DNA of 64,000 nt from Candidatus Enterousia sp. (GTDB lineage Bacteria; Pseudomonadota; Alphaproteobacteria; Rs-D84): the NCBI GenBank assembly GCA_045635585.1, contig JAZTWA010000011.1, positions 5,919 through 69,918 of the forward strand, written 5' to 3'. Positions 9,084-19,436 of this stretch are shown in pieces. Position 1 is the stretch's first letter; each line of letters starts with the position of its first letter. The notes beneath the pieces were generated by a model that was given only the letters and a program-made list of their open reading frames with translations, ran no database searches and was not told the origin of the DNA. The translations under genes and the position numbers were made by a program.

Positions 9084-10043
9084 TTATACAACTGCAGTTA
9101 CTGCGCGCAGTGCGCCGTCGCGTGATAATTGTACAACACGAATTTTCTTTTTCATTTCGCGGATTAAATCGGTACGATTATATGCCGGTTGGGTGTGCAA
9201 AATACGGTCGGCAAATGCCGCGTATGCTGCATCAGGACTTTCCGCATGTATTGTTGTATAAAAGTGGTCGTGGCCCGTTCCCAACATTTCCCACAATACC
9301 GATGCATTGTCGGTTGATATTTCGCCACCAATAATTACATCTGGGGTCATACGAACAACCAAGTCCAAAAGACGTGCATAGTTAAAGTTATTATTTTGTT
9401 CGGTTCGTGACAAGACAAAGTGTACACGATTTTCCTGGGGAACACGAATTTCACGTGCGTCTTCGACGGTAATGACACGACTGTTTTTATCAATTAACGT
9501 TAACATATGATTTAAAAATGTTGTTTTCCCAGTTGCGGTTGCGCCCGATATTAAAATGGGACTGCCATCATTTATGGCAGACATTAATTTTTCATATGGA
9601 TCATCGGGACGAATGGTTTTTCGCGGTTTGACTTGTAATAATTTGTGGCCACGACGCAGATGATAGTTTTCAAAACTGGTGTCATGGGCGCCACCGCCAC
9701 GAATATTTAATGCAACGCCGCCAGTAATATCTTGTTCATCATATTGGACATTTGGACCCGCAATCGCAGTAAAACGATGATTCCCAGGTAATGTTGCATA
9801 TACGACCGGTATGCCATGAATTGGATCAAATGGGCGTTCGTATATGTTGGCAATTGTGTGAATCAAATCAACCAAATATTGTTTGCTTAATATTTCAGCA
9901 TTGTATGCAACCCATGGAACGCGTGAACCATGCAGTCGCATCCATACCTGGCCAGCGTGATTGATGGCGATTTCTTCGACAAATGACGGTTTATAAAATT
10001 CCGCCAATGGTTTTAATAAAGATTCCAATACAACATTTGACAT
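9084..10043 (-). CDS. virB11: VirB11/CpaF-family secretion ATPase
   Basis: EEIAIN, Walker A GATATGKTT, TVEDARE, RMTPDVIIGGE, GH..TTIHA. Confidence 0.85.
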   Translation of the reverse strand: MSNVVLESLLKPLAEFYKPSFVEEIAINHAGQVWMRLHGSRVPWVAYNAEILSKQYLVDLIHTIANIYERPFDPIHGIPVVYATLPGNHRFTAIAGPNVQYDEQDITGGVALNIRGGGAHDTSFENYHLRRGHKLLQVKPRKTIRPDDPYEKLMSAINDGSPILISGATATGKTTFLNHMLTLIDKNSRVITVEDAREIRVPQENRVHFVLSRTEQNNNFNYARLLDLVVRMTPDVIIGGEISTDNASVLWEMLGTGHDHFYTTIHAESPDAAYAAFADRILHTQPAYNRTDLIREMKKKIRVVQLSRDGALRAVTAVV

Positions 10044-10120
10044 TGTTGTAATTTTATCATAAATCCCCGCTTGAATCAAAAAAGTTTATTTGTTAAAATC
10101 AAAAAAAAGAGAGATTGAAT

Positions 10121-10684
10121 ATGAAAAAATCATTTTTATTTACTGTTTTATGTGCGGTTGCCTTGTCTGGGTGTATGAATAAATCTGATGTCCCGTATAA
10201 TGAACGCGACTTTGCCCAGGGTGGGGCAGATGCGCCGCTTTATAATGAGAGGACCAGTGAATTTATGCAATCTGATAATCAGTATGCAAATATCGATTCG
10301 TATAAACCAAAGACGGCCGCAGAAAAAGAACAAAATTCAAATCGTTGGAATACATCACGTATGGAAACCCGTTGGCAGGAATATAAGGGTGCCATGGTAC
10401 GTGTTCAGATTTTGTTGGGGAATACTGATTTGCGTGAAATGCGTTTGCGTATGATGCAAAATGCAGATGGTATGGATATTGATGGCGATTCGCGTACGGT
10501 TTTGGCCGCGGTGGCTGATTATGAAATGAAACGTATTTGTGGACGTAATGCCGACAGTATTGTTATGGTTTATGACAGACCGTCTTTTGATGTAATGCGT
10601 CCAACGCCATATTTCGATTATCGAATCGAAGCCGAAGGTGCGACAATGCGTGAATATGGTTTCAGATGCGTTTATAACAATTAA
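10121..10684 (+). CDS. Hypothetical lipoprotein
   Basis: Lipobox LSGC after a hydrophobic signal. Confidence 0.75.
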   Translation: MKKSFLFTVLCAVALSGCMNKSDVPYNERDFAQGGADAPLYNERTSEFMQSDNQYANIDSYKPKTAAEKEQNSNRWNTSRMETRWQEYKGAMVRVQILLGNTDLREMRLRMMQNADGMDIDGDSRTVLAAVADYEMKRICGRNADSIVMVYDRPSFDVMRPTPYFDYRIEAEGATMREYGFRCVYNN

Positions 10685-10716
10685 TTCTTGATAACAAAAA
10701 AACAAAGGGGAAAAAT

Positions 10717-11043
10717 ATGAAAAAGTTAGCAAGTGTTTTGGGCGTTTGTGCTGCGTTTGGTTTGACAGCATGCGATAGCAATGCTGGTGCAAAAAATGGT
10801 GATACTGTTGTAATTAATTTTGCGGGTTTCTTGGACGGTGTTCAATTCCCAGGTGGTACAGCAGAAAATTACCCATTGAAATTGGGCAGTGGTCAATTTG
10901 TTCCAGGGTTCGAAGAACAAGTTGTTGGTATGAAAGAAGGCGAAGAACGTGATATCAATATCACTTTCCCAACAGAATATGTTCCTGATTTGGCTGGAAA
11001 ATCGGTTGTGTTCAAGGTAAAAGTGGTTGATATTGTTGATTAA
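10717..11043 (+). CDS. FKBP-type peptidyl-prolyl isomerase lipoprotein (trigger-factor-like domain)
   Basis: Lipobox LTAC, then GDTVVINFAG..F.GG..E...LGSGQFVPGFEEQ..GMK.GEE..I.ITFP.EY..DLAGK...FKV. Confidence 0.85.
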   Translation: MKKLASVLGVCAAFGLTACDSNAGAKNGDTVVINFAGFLDGVQFPGGTAENYPLKLGSGQFVPGFEEQVVGMKEGEERDINITFPTEYVPDLAGKSVVFKVKVVDIVD

Positions 11044-11171
11044 TTTTATCTTTTGTAAATTAAATGCCCCATATGGGGCATTTTTTTGTACTTATTTGTG
11101 CTACGTTCCGAACCGACCGGTTCTTCGTCCGCCCAAGGCATAAAAAAAATCCCCATTACGGGGATTTAATC

Positions 11172-11256
11172 TGGTGGCCCTGGTCGGACTCGAACCGACA
11201 CTCCTTGCAGAACTTGATTTTGAGTCAAGCGCGTCTACCAATTCCGCCACGGGGCC
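11172..11256 (-). tRNA. tRNA-Leu(CAA)
   Basis: Reverse-strand cloverleaf with long variable arm, anticodon CT-CAA-AA and CCA end. Confidence 0.95.
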
Positions 11257-11273
11257 AGATGCACTGCGATAAA

Positions 11274-11642
11274 TTATGCAGCCTGTTTTGCATCAACTTT
11301 TTTGACCAAACGTGCACTGCGATTCGCCTTGTGTGTTGGCTTTTTAGCAGGTGCAGCAGGTTTGCCAGCCTTCTTTTCAATGGCTTTTTTAATTGCAGCC
11401 ATGTCTTCTGTCAAACGTGATACAGGTTTTGCCATTACATAGTTGTCCAAACCGCCATGCTTGGTCAATGTACGCAAACCAGCAGTTGAAATACGTAATG
11501 AAAAATCACGTCCCAGAATATCACTGTGGAACTTTAATACTTGCAAATTTGGCAAGAATGTACGTTTCGTACGACGATGAGAGTGGGAAACGTTCATCCC
11601 AACTTCTGTTTTCTTACCTGTAACTTTACATACACGTGGCAT
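11274..11642 (-). CDS. rpmB: 50S ribosomal protein L28 with C-terminal extension
   Basis: MPRVCKVTGK...NVSHSHRRTKRTFLPNL. Confidence 0.95.
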   Translation of the reverse strand: MPRVCKVTGKKTEVGMNVSHSHRRTKRTFLPNLQVLKFHSDILGRDFSLRISTAGLRTLTKHGGLDNYVMAKPVSRLTEDMAAIKKAIEKKAGKPAAPAKKPTHKANRSARLVKKVDAKQAA

Positions 11643-11729
11643 AATACTTAATCCTTAATTAATAGCGAACCCAAATTTATAACAAAAATATAGAAAAGTC
11701 AAGTATTGTTTTCATATTTTTATTTGTTT

Positions 11730-13154
11730 TTATTTGTGCCCATATCCCAATAGGTCGATTATTGTTTTGGCTGGGGTAAATGTAGATGCCGGAATTTCAA
11801 CAAAAACACTGTTCCAATATGCCATTGCACCGTTCCATAATCCCGGACGTTCCATTGCACGTAATGGGCGGCCATTTTTGGATTTTTCAGATATGAAACC
11901 CGCAGAATAGTCAATAAAATCATCTAAATTAAATTTGTTGCCTTTGTAATCGTATGGCATACATATCAGGTCAACTGGATTAAAATATTCGCCGTTTGTC
12001 ATTATGTGTTTTTGGTCGGGCGATATTTGGCTGGATTCTACAATTTGTAATGTTTCTGTGCCATCTTTTTCTTTTATCCAGAATGGGCCACCGCCAGGTG
12101 CGCCAGTGTTTCTAATCATGCCACATATGCGCAGTGGGCGGTTTAATATTTTTGCAATATCCGAATCGGCAAATTTGCGTATTCCCAGATTTTGTTCGAT
12201 AAAATTACGTATCTGGATTATGTCGGCGGTGCCATTATCCAGTGCTGTTTGATGTTCGAATATTTGTTTTTGGATTTTTATCGCCAAGCCAGCCAATGCA
12301 CGTTTGTGCAAGATTGTATCGTTACGTAATTGGTCGTTACATACATTATCAATGTTCTTGATAAAGATAATATCCGAATCGATTTCGTTTAAGTTTTTTA
12401 TTAATGCGCCGTGGCCCGCCGGACGGAATAACAGTGTGTTATCATCGTTTCTGAAAGGGGTGTTGTCGGGGTTTACCGCAATTGTGTCTGTTTCGGATTT
12501 TTGTGTTGATATTGATATATTGTACTGTGTTCCATAGCGTGATTGATAGATTGGTATAATCTTATCCAAGTGTTTGAGAAAGCCATCAATGTGTTCAGGT
12601 GAAACGGTAAAGTGTATATTTGTTTCGCCATTAGATGATGCGTATTGGGCCCCTTCGACAAGATGTTCTGCAATTGCGCTGCGAGTTTCTGTTTGATATT
12701 TATGAAATGTTATAAGTCCTTTGGGCAGGTTGCCATAGTTCAGGCCTGTTTCTGTTATTATATGTTCGATAATGACTTTGTCTGATGCATTAGTTGGCAG
12801 TATTTGTATCAGTTCATCATAAAATGCAAAATCTTTTAAATTATCCAGTGTCGTTTGGGTGATTTTGTTTATGTTATTTGTTTCCAAGAATTCGAATAAG
12901 TCCTTGGACATGCGTGTTGCTGCCCCCGATGCGGGTACAAATTTTGTTATCTTGTAATTGTTCTGAACGGATTCATAATATTTGGCGTATTCATCTGATA
13001 ACATTGGGAAAATACCATTGTTTATTGTTGCCGCAGATATAATTGACGCAAAAGGAAAGCCGCGTTTGAAATCGGATATTTGCATGTCAACGTCTGATAA
13101 TGAAAGTCCATGTGATTGTATTTGTTCAATGTCGGTTTGGGAAAATTGTGCCAT
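11730..13154 (-). CDS. DUF4301-family protein
   Basis: KFVPASGAATRM, FRPAGHGAL, FIKNIDNV, GGGPFW and PGLWNGAMA motifs; start placed at MAQFSQ. Confidence 0.85.
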   Translation of the reverse strand: MAQFSQTDIEQIQSHGLSLSDVDMQISDFKRGFPFASIISAATINNGIFPMLSDEYAKYYESVQNNYKITKFVPASGAATRMSKDLFEFLETNNINKITQTTLDNLKDFAFYDELIQILPTNASDKVIIEHIITETGLNYGNLPKGLITFHKYQTETRSAIAEHLVEGAQYASSNGETNIHFTVSPEHIDGFLKHLDKIIPIYQSRYGTQYNISISTQKSETDTIAVNPDNTPFRNDDNTLLFRPAGHGALIKNLNEIDSDIIFIKNIDNVCNDQLRNDTILHKRALAGLAIKIQKQIFEHQTALDNGTADIIQIRNFIEQNLGIRKFADSDIAKILNRPLRICGMIRNTGAPGGGPFWIKEKDGTETLQIVESSQISPDQKHIMTNGEYFNPVDLICMPYDYKGNKFNLDDFIDYSAGFISEKSKNGRPLRAMERPGLWNGAMAYWNSVFVEIPASTFTPAKTIIDLLGYGHK

Positions 13155-13288
13155 TATTGGTCCTTTTTTTTGATGATAGTACATTTTTATATGGCTGGCA
13201 AGTTTGTGTTTGGGGATTTGTTCTTGTGTCTTGAAAGGGGATTTTGTGGCACTATATATAGAGAAAATAGTAACAAAAGGAACAATAT

Positions 13289-15346
13289 ATGAATCCAGAT
13301 GATTTACAAGAAACACCACAACAGGCGATTGAAAAGTACACAACTGATTTTACCAAGTTGGCATCAGATGGTAAATTAGATCCCGTGATTGGACGTGATG
13401 AAGAGATTCGACGCAGTATCCAAGTGTTAAGTCGCCGAACAAAAAACAATCCGGTATTAATTGGAAATCCTGGTGTGGGGAAAACGGCAATTGTTGAAGG
13501 GTTGGCAACACGTATTATTTCGGGGGATGTGCCAGAAAATTTGTTAAAAAAACAATTGTTAAGTTTAGATATGGGGGCGCTGATGGCTGGGGCGTCGTAT
13601 CGTGGCCAATTTGAAGGGCGATTAAAGGCGATTTTAAAAGCTGTCAAAGATGCGGACGGAAAAATTATTTTATTTATTGATGAATTGCATACTTTGGTTG
13701 GTGCCGGTAAAGGTGAAGGCAGTATGGATGCAGCAAATTTGTTAAAACCAATGTTGGCGCGTGGTGAATTGCACTGTTTGGGTGCAACGACATTGGATGA
13801 ATATCGTCAATATATTGAAAAAGATCCGGCTTTGGCGCGACGTTTTCAGCCGGTTTATGTTGATGAACCCAGTGTTGATGATACGATTTCGATATTACGT
13901 GGACTGAAAGAAAAGTACGAAGGACATCATGGGGTGCGAATCGCAGATGCTGCGTTGGTATCGGCGGTAAAATTATCGAATCGGTATATCACAGATAGGT
14001 TTTTGCCAGACAAGGCAATTGACTTGATTGACGAAGCCGCGGCACGTGTGCGTATCGAAATTGCGTCAAAGCCTGATAAATTAGATGAAGTTGATAGGCA
14101 TTTGGTTCAATTAAAGATAGAACAGCAGGCGTTAAAAAAAGAAAAAGATGATGAATCAAAAAAACGTCTGAAAGATTTGGAAAATATTATTGCAGGGGTT
14201 GAAGCGGAATCTGAAACACTGACCGCCCAATGGCAAGCTGAACAACAAAAAATGCGTGGTTTGTCTGATGCAATGGCTGCATTAGATGCGGCCAAGGCCG
14301 AAGTGGCAACCGCAATGCGTAATGGTGATTATGAAAAGGCATCTGCGTTGCAATATGGAAAAATTCCAGAATTAGAAGAAAAAATTAAGGCCATGAATGA
14401 AGATGCGCGCGAATACAAAACGGTTCTTCCGGAACATATTGCCGCGGTGGTTAGTAAGTGGACTGGGGTGCCTGCAGACAGATTAAATGCCGAAGAACAG
14501 TCAAAATTGTTAAATATTGAAGATGAATTACGTAAACGTGTGGTGGGTCAGGATGTTGCATTGGGGGTTATTGCGCGTGCAATTCGTCGCAGTCGCGCCG
14601 GTTTGGGCGATCCCAGACGTCCAATGGGCAGTTTTATGTTCTTGGGGCCAACGGGGGTTGGAAAAACAGAAGTGGCCAAAGCATTGGCAGAATATCTGTT
14701 TAATGATGATACGGCCATGACGCGAATTGATATGAGTGAATATATGGAACCGCATTCTGTTTCGCGTTTGATTGGCAGTCCCCCGGGGTATGTTGGTTAT
14801 GAACAGGGTGGGGTATTGACCGAAAGTGTGCGTCGTCGCCCATATCAGGTTTTATTGTTTGATGAAATCGAAAAGGCAAATCCTGATATATTTAACGTTT
14901 TTTTACAAATTTTGGATGACGGACGTTTAACAGATGGTCAGGGACATGTTGTAAACTTTACAAATACAATTATTATTATGACCAGCAATTTGCCTGATAT
15001 GGCGGCGGTTAAAAAACATTTCAGACCCGAATTTATTAATCGTGTCGATGAAATTGTATTCTTTAATCCGTTGGGCAAAGATGTTATGGCCGGTATTGTT
15101 AAAATTCAATTGCGTGGATTGGAAAAGAGATTGGCAGAACGCAGAATATCTATGTCTGTTACAGACAAGGCGATTAAATGGTTGGCAGACAATGGGTATG
15201 ATGCGGTATTTGGTGCACGTCCATTGAAACGATTGATAACATCTGCGGTTGAAGATAAGGTTGCGGACTTGATATTGTCTGGGGCCGTTATCGAAGGCAG
15301 TACAGTATATATCGATGTTCATGGTAAGGAATTGACTGTAAATTAA
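13289..15346 (+). CDS. clpB: ClpB disaggregase lacking the N-terminal domain
   Basis: Two AAA modules ([16 protein letters not shown]) and a coiled-coil M-domain; only 685 aa. Confidence 0.92.
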   Translation: MNPDDLQETPQQAIEKYTTDFTKLASDGKLDPVIGRDEEIRRSIQVLSRRTKNNPVLIGNPGVGKTAIVEGLATRIISGDVPENLLKKQLLSLDMGALMAGASYRGQFEGRLKAILKAVKDADGKIILFIDELHTLVGAGKGEGSMDAANLLKPMLARGELHCLGATTLDEYRQYIEKDPALARRFQPVYVDEPSVDDTISILRGLKEKYEGHHGVRIADAALVSAVKLSNRYITDRFLPDKAIDLIDEAAARVRIEIASKPDKLDEVDRHLVQLKIEQQALKKEKDDESKKRLKDLENIIAGVEAESETLTAQWQAEQQKMRGLSDAMAALDAAKAEVATAMRNGDYEKASALQYGKIPELEEKIKAMNEDAREYKTVLPEHIAAVVSKWTGVPADRLNAEEQSKLLNIEDELRKRVVGQDVALGVIARAIRRSRAGLGDPRRPMGSFMFLGPTGVGKTEVAKALAEYLFNDDTAMTRIDMSEYMEPHSVSRLIGSPPGYVGYEQGGVLTESVRRRPYQVLLFDEIEKANPDIFNVFLQILDDGRLTDGQGHVVNFTNTIIIMTSNLPDMAAVKKHFRPEFINRVDEIVFFNPLGKDVMAGIVKIQLRGLEKRLAERRISMSVTDKAIKWLADNGYDAVFGARPLKRLITSAVEDKVADLILSGAVIEGSTVYIDVHGKELTVN

Positions 15347-15402
15347 ATATAACGCTTTATCTGAAATTATGTGTAATAAAAAATCCCCATGATGGGGATT
15401 TT

Positions 15403-17214
15403 TTATTTCTTGGATTTACGTGATTTTGTGTTTGTTGATGAAAACTGGATATCACGCAATTTTTTATATTCACCGTTTAATTTACATAATTCTGTGTCGG
15501 TACCCATTTCAACAATTTGACCATCTTTGATTACGCAAATCATGTCTGCATCCAAAATTGTAGACAGGCGGTGTGCGATTACAAATGTTGTACGGCCGCG
15601 CATCATTTCTGTTAATGCCGATTGAATTAACTTTTCGCTTTGTGTGTCCAGCGCAGATGTTGCTTCGTCCAATAACAGAATAGGGGCATCTTTTAATATT
15701 GCGCGTGCAATTGCAATACGTTGGCGTTGGCCGCCGGACAGTAATGCGCCGCCTTCGCCGACATTTGTATTATATTTTTCTGGAAATTCATTGATAAATT
15801 CATCGGCGTTTGCCATACGGGCCGCAGATACGACCATGTCATCAGTGGCATCGGGGCATCCGTATTTTATATTGTCAGCAATTGTGCCGTTAAACAGAAA
15901 TACAGATTGAGATACGTCAGCAATACTGTCGCGTAATGATTTTAAGGTGTATTTGCGGATGTCTGTTTTGTTTATTGTGATTTTGCCAGTTTGTGGGTCG
16001 TAAAAACGTTCCAGCAAATTAAACAAAGTTGTTTTGCCGCCGCCCGATGGGCCAACCAGTGCGCAAACATGCCCTGCGGGTACGTGTAAGTTGATGTTTT
16101 TAAGTAAAGGTTCGTTTTCGTTGTACGCAAATGATACGTTCTTGAATTCAACAGACAGTTTTTTTGATTTTAATTCACGTGCATCAGGTGCATCGGTGAT
16201 GTCTGGTTTGCTGTCCAAAAATTCAAATAATACTTCGGCCGCCAATAGGCCGTGTTGGATTGTGTCGCCAGTGCTGGTAATGCTTTTTGCGGGTTTGTAT
16301 GCCGCGGTTAATGCCAGCAAGAATGCGGTAAAGTCACCAGTTGTGATGGCGCCACTGGTTATAAAATGGCCGCCCATTATCATGGCAATGCACAGACCAA
16401 TTGAAATCATAAATTCCATTAATGGTGATCGAAGGGCGTTGGTTTGTGTGCTTTTGTATGCGTTGACAATCGAATCGTTCAAAACGCGTGAAAACTTCTT
16501 TTGTTCGCGTTCTTGGGCGGCAAAAGACTGAATTGTTTTTATTCCATGCAATGTTTGATTAATTTGTTGTGATACGTTATTTGCAATGCCGAATGATTGA
16601 CGTGATAATTTGCGGCGTTTGCGCATGATTAATACCATTGGAATCATTACCGCAGGTGCCAAAAATAATAAAACAACGCACATTTGGTATGCGTAATATA
16701 CCATTAATGCCAATGTCATAATTAATGTGGCAACGTTTTGTACAACTTTGATAACGTTATTGGTAACCAGATTCAGTACCGCAGTTGATTGAACGGTAAA
16801 ATAGTTCAGGTTTTTCCCAATGCCATCGCCATAAAAGCGTGCGATATTCATGTGGGTCATGTGGTGATAGATTTTATTTTGCAGGCGTGCGCTGGCCAAC
16901 AGGCCGCCTTTGGATATTATTAATGCCTTGGCATATGTAAACGCGCCTTTGGCACCAAATGCGATAATAACCTGAATCCCCAGCCAGTATATGGCGGCCA
17001 TACTTTTTTCAATAAAAGCCTTGTCCACCACCTGTTGAACCAGTGTGATTGTGTATGCTTCGGCCCCGGCGGCCAATACGGTGAATATTATACCGAATAA
17101 TAACCATTTCCAATATGGTGCGCCAACTTCGCGCCATACGCGTCCATATAATGACCATTTAACACGTTTGTTATCCTGGTCGCCTTTGATAAAGGATTTG
17201 ATTTTTTTTGTCAT
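15403..17214 (-). CDS. MsbA-like ABC exporter (TMD+NBD)
   Basis: TM region, GPSGGGKT, LSGGQRQR, LLLDEATSALD. Confidence 0.88.
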   Translation of the reverse strand: MTKKIKSFIKGDQDNKRVKWSLYGRVWREVGAPYWKWLLFGIIFTVLAAGAEAYTITLVQQVVDKAFIEKSMAAIYWLGIQVIIAFGAKGAFTYAKALIISKGGLLASARLQNKIYHHMTHMNIARFYGDGIGKNLNYFTVQSTAVLNLVTNNVIKVVQNVATLIMTLALMVYYAYQMCVVLLFLAPAVMIPMVLIMRKRRKLSRQSFGIANNVSQQINQTLHGIKTIQSFAAQEREQKKFSRVLNDSIVNAYKSTQTNALRSPLMEFMISIGLCIAMIMGGHFITSGAITTGDFTAFLLALTAAYKPAKSITSTGDTIQHGLLAAEVLFEFLDSKPDITDAPDARELKSKKLSVEFKNVSFAYNENEPLLKNINLHVPAGHVCALVGPSGGGKTTLFNLLERFYDPQTGKITINKTDIRKYTLKSLRDSIADVSQSVFLFNGTIADNIKYGCPDATDDMVVSAARMANADEFINEFPEKYNTNVGEGGALLSGGQRQRIAIARAILKDAPILLLDEATSALDTQSEKLIQSALTEMMRGRTTFVIAHRLSTILDADMICVIKDGQIVEMGTDTELCKLNGEYKKLRDIQFSSTNTKSRKSKK

Positions 17215-17342
17215 AGTGTTTTTATTATAAGATTCTATAAACAAAATGTCTATGTTTTTTGGTTTGTTATATTGGTTGAGGATAAAAATATTGACATATT
17301 TTTTATTTGTGGTATTGTTGAGTGTTTAAGAGAAAAATATAG

Positions 17343-18224
17343 ATGGTTAAAAAAGATTATTTTGGCAGTATTGGTATGGCGCTTTCTTGTACATTGTTTT
17401 TGGAAGGTGCCTTGAAAAAGTATAAAAAAACTGCGGGTGTCGTTGATGAAGATATGTTGCAGTTGATAAAAGATTGGAACAAGGTTTTGTTAACTTTGTT
17501 AAAAGATGATAAGTATAAACAAGGATTAGGGGCGATTGGGAATAAGTTGTTGAAGAAAACTTTAATGTCCAAGGATTTTTTGCCCAAATGTATTGAAGAT
17601 GCGCATGATGTCAGTGTTCAGGCGTTGCATTATGCATTGCGATTTCAAGAAAGTGTTGCGTTTTTAAATTCAAAATTGGCAGAAAATAAAGATTTGTCTT
17701 TTTGTGATTTGGGGTGTGGTTTGTCGCCATTGGGGGCAGTATTCCAAACGAAATATGATTTATCAAATATTTATTGTATTGATTTGATGCCAGAAATTGC
17801 AGAATTATATACCGAAGCCGCGTATAAATTGGGTGGAAAAATGCCTTCTTTTGTTGATTGGGAAACGGCAAAAAATCTTGCCAAAAATGGTAAAGATACG
17901 GAATTAAATACATTGGTTTCTGTTGGGTGTTTGCCACATATGGATATTGATGTTCAAAAACAGTATTTGCGTGAAATAAATAAAAAGTTTGATAATTTCT
18001 TTGTTGAGATAAAGTATAAACAGCAAGATTCTGTTGATGGGGCCAGTACAGCATTCAGTTTGTCGGAACTGCAAAAATTGCGTTTGGATGTAGAAAATGT
18101 TGATAGTATAGAAACAGCAATGGTTCGTAATAGTGTGCGGTATCTTATGAAATTTGTACATTTGAAGTCGAATCGTAAGGATTTTTTGGAAAATCGCAGC
18201 AGAAGTTTATTCTTAAGCAGATAA
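17343..18224 (+). CDS. Hypothetical protein, class I SAM-methyltransferase-like
   Basis: DLGCG motif I followed by a YCID acidic strand. Confidence 0.55.
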   Translation: MVKKDYFGSIGMALSCTLFLEGALKKYKKTAGVVDEDMLQLIKDWNKVLLTLLKDDKYKQGLGAIGNKLLKKTLMSKDFLPKCIEDAHDVSVQALHYALRFQESVAFLNSKLAENKDLSFCDLGCGLSPLGAVFQTKYDLSNIYCIDLMPEIAELYTEAAYKLGGKMPSFVDWETAKNLAKNGKDTELNTLVSVGCLPHMDIDVQKQYLREINKKFDNFFVEIKYKQQDSVDGASTAFSLSELQKLRLDVENVDSIETAMVRNSVRYLMKFVHLKSNRKDFLENRSRSLFLSR

Positions 18225-18299
18225 ATAAAATTTTTCTGTTGACATTTGTTTTTATAATAGGTAAAATGCCTTCGCTTTCATTTGAAAGTGCAAAGTTTT

Positions 18300-18375
18300 G
18301 GGGTTGTAGCTCAGTTGGTAGAGCACCTGCTTTGCAAGCAGGGGGTCGTCAGTTCGAGCCTGATCAGCTCCACCA
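18300..18375 (+). tRNA. tRNA-Ala(TGC)
   Basis: Cloverleaf, anticodon TT-TGC-AA, CCA end. Confidence 0.95.
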
Positions 18376-18449
18376 AAACAAAAGGAAAGGGGATGTAAGT
18401 CCCCTTTTTAAGTAAAACAGATAAAATGCGTTAAAGGGGGTGAATACAT

Positions 18450-18656
18450 ATGGTGAAAGTTCTGGTTCGTGATAACAATGTTGAACAGGCATTACGCGTT
18501 GCAAAACGTAAATCACAAAAAGAAGGTCTGTACCGCGAAATGAAAGAACGTCAGCGTTTTGAAAAACCTACTACTAAACGTAAACGCTTGAAAGAAGAAG
18601 CGGTTCGCAACGAAAAGAAACGACAATCAAAACAACGTATGGTTTGCGGTTACTAA
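18450..18656 (+). CDS. rpsU: 30S ribosomal protein S21
   Basis: [13 protein letters not shown]...FEKP. Confidence 0.95.
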   Translation: MVKVLVRDNNVEQALRVAKRKSQKEGLYREMKERQRFEKPTTKRKRLKEEAVRNEKKRQSKQRMVCGY

Positions 18657-18707
18657 TTCAAAAAAATCCCGCCAATTGGTGGGATTTTTTGTTTCTGTTT
18701 TTTTGTT

Positions 18708-19436
18708 TTACATAACAAAATCTTCGCCCAAATATACTTTTTTTACCATTTCGTCTTGTACGATTTCTGGTGTTGTTCCATGCTTTAATATTTTTCCGCC
18801 ATGTAAAACATAACTGCGGTCGGTGATGCCCAATGTTTCGCGTACGTTATGGTCGGTAATAATTACACCCAGGCCGCGATTTTTTAATTGGGATACCAAG
18901 CTGCGAATTTCGTTAACGGCAATCGGATCAATGCCGGCAAATGGTTCGTCTAGTAAAATAAACTTTGGGTCGTTTGCCAATGCGCGGGCGATTTCAACAC
19001 GTCTGCGTTCGCCGCCTGATAATGCGGTGGCCGGACTGCGACGCAGTCTGGTGATAGAAAATTCTTCAAGTAATGAATCCAATTTTTGTTTGCGTTTTTT
19101 GCGATCTGGTTCAACTACTTCCAAAATAGCCATGATGTTTTGTTCAACGGTTAATCCGCGAAATACGCTGTTTTCTTGGGGTAGGTATCCGATGTGCAAA
19201 CGTGCGCGCTGATAAAAAGGCAGGTGTGTAATATCTTGGGAATTTAAAAATATTTGACCACCCGTTGCCGCCAATTGGCCGGTGATGCAATAAAAGGCGG
19301 TGGTTTTGCCAGCGCCGTTTGGCCCCAATAATCCCACAGATTCCCCTTGGCGGGCAATCATTGATATGTCTTGGATTACCATGCGTTTGCCGTATGATTT
19401 AGATAGATGTTCAATTTTTAATACAGATTGCTTCAT
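18708..19436 (-). CDS. lptB: LPS export ABC transporter ATPase
   Basis: GPNGAGKTT, GYLPQE, LSGGERRRVEIARAL, DEPFAGIDP, ITDHNVRETL. Confidence 0.95.
   Translation of the reverse strand: MKQSVLKIEHLSKSYGKRMVIQDISMIARQGESVGLLGPNGAGKTTAFYCITGQLAATGGQIFLNSQDITHLPFYQRARLHIGYLPQENSVFRGLTVEQNIMAILEVVEPDRKKRKQKLDSLLEEFSITRLRRSPATALSGGERRRVEIARALANDPKFILLDEPFAGIDPIAVNEIRSLVSQLKNRGLGVIITDHNVRETLGITDRSYVLHGGKILKHGTTPEIVQDEMVKKVYLGEDFVM

Noticed and set aside
11095-11145. GC-rich patch downstream of tRNA-Leu as an att remnant
   Set aside because: No duplicate of the tRNA-Leu 3' end was found.
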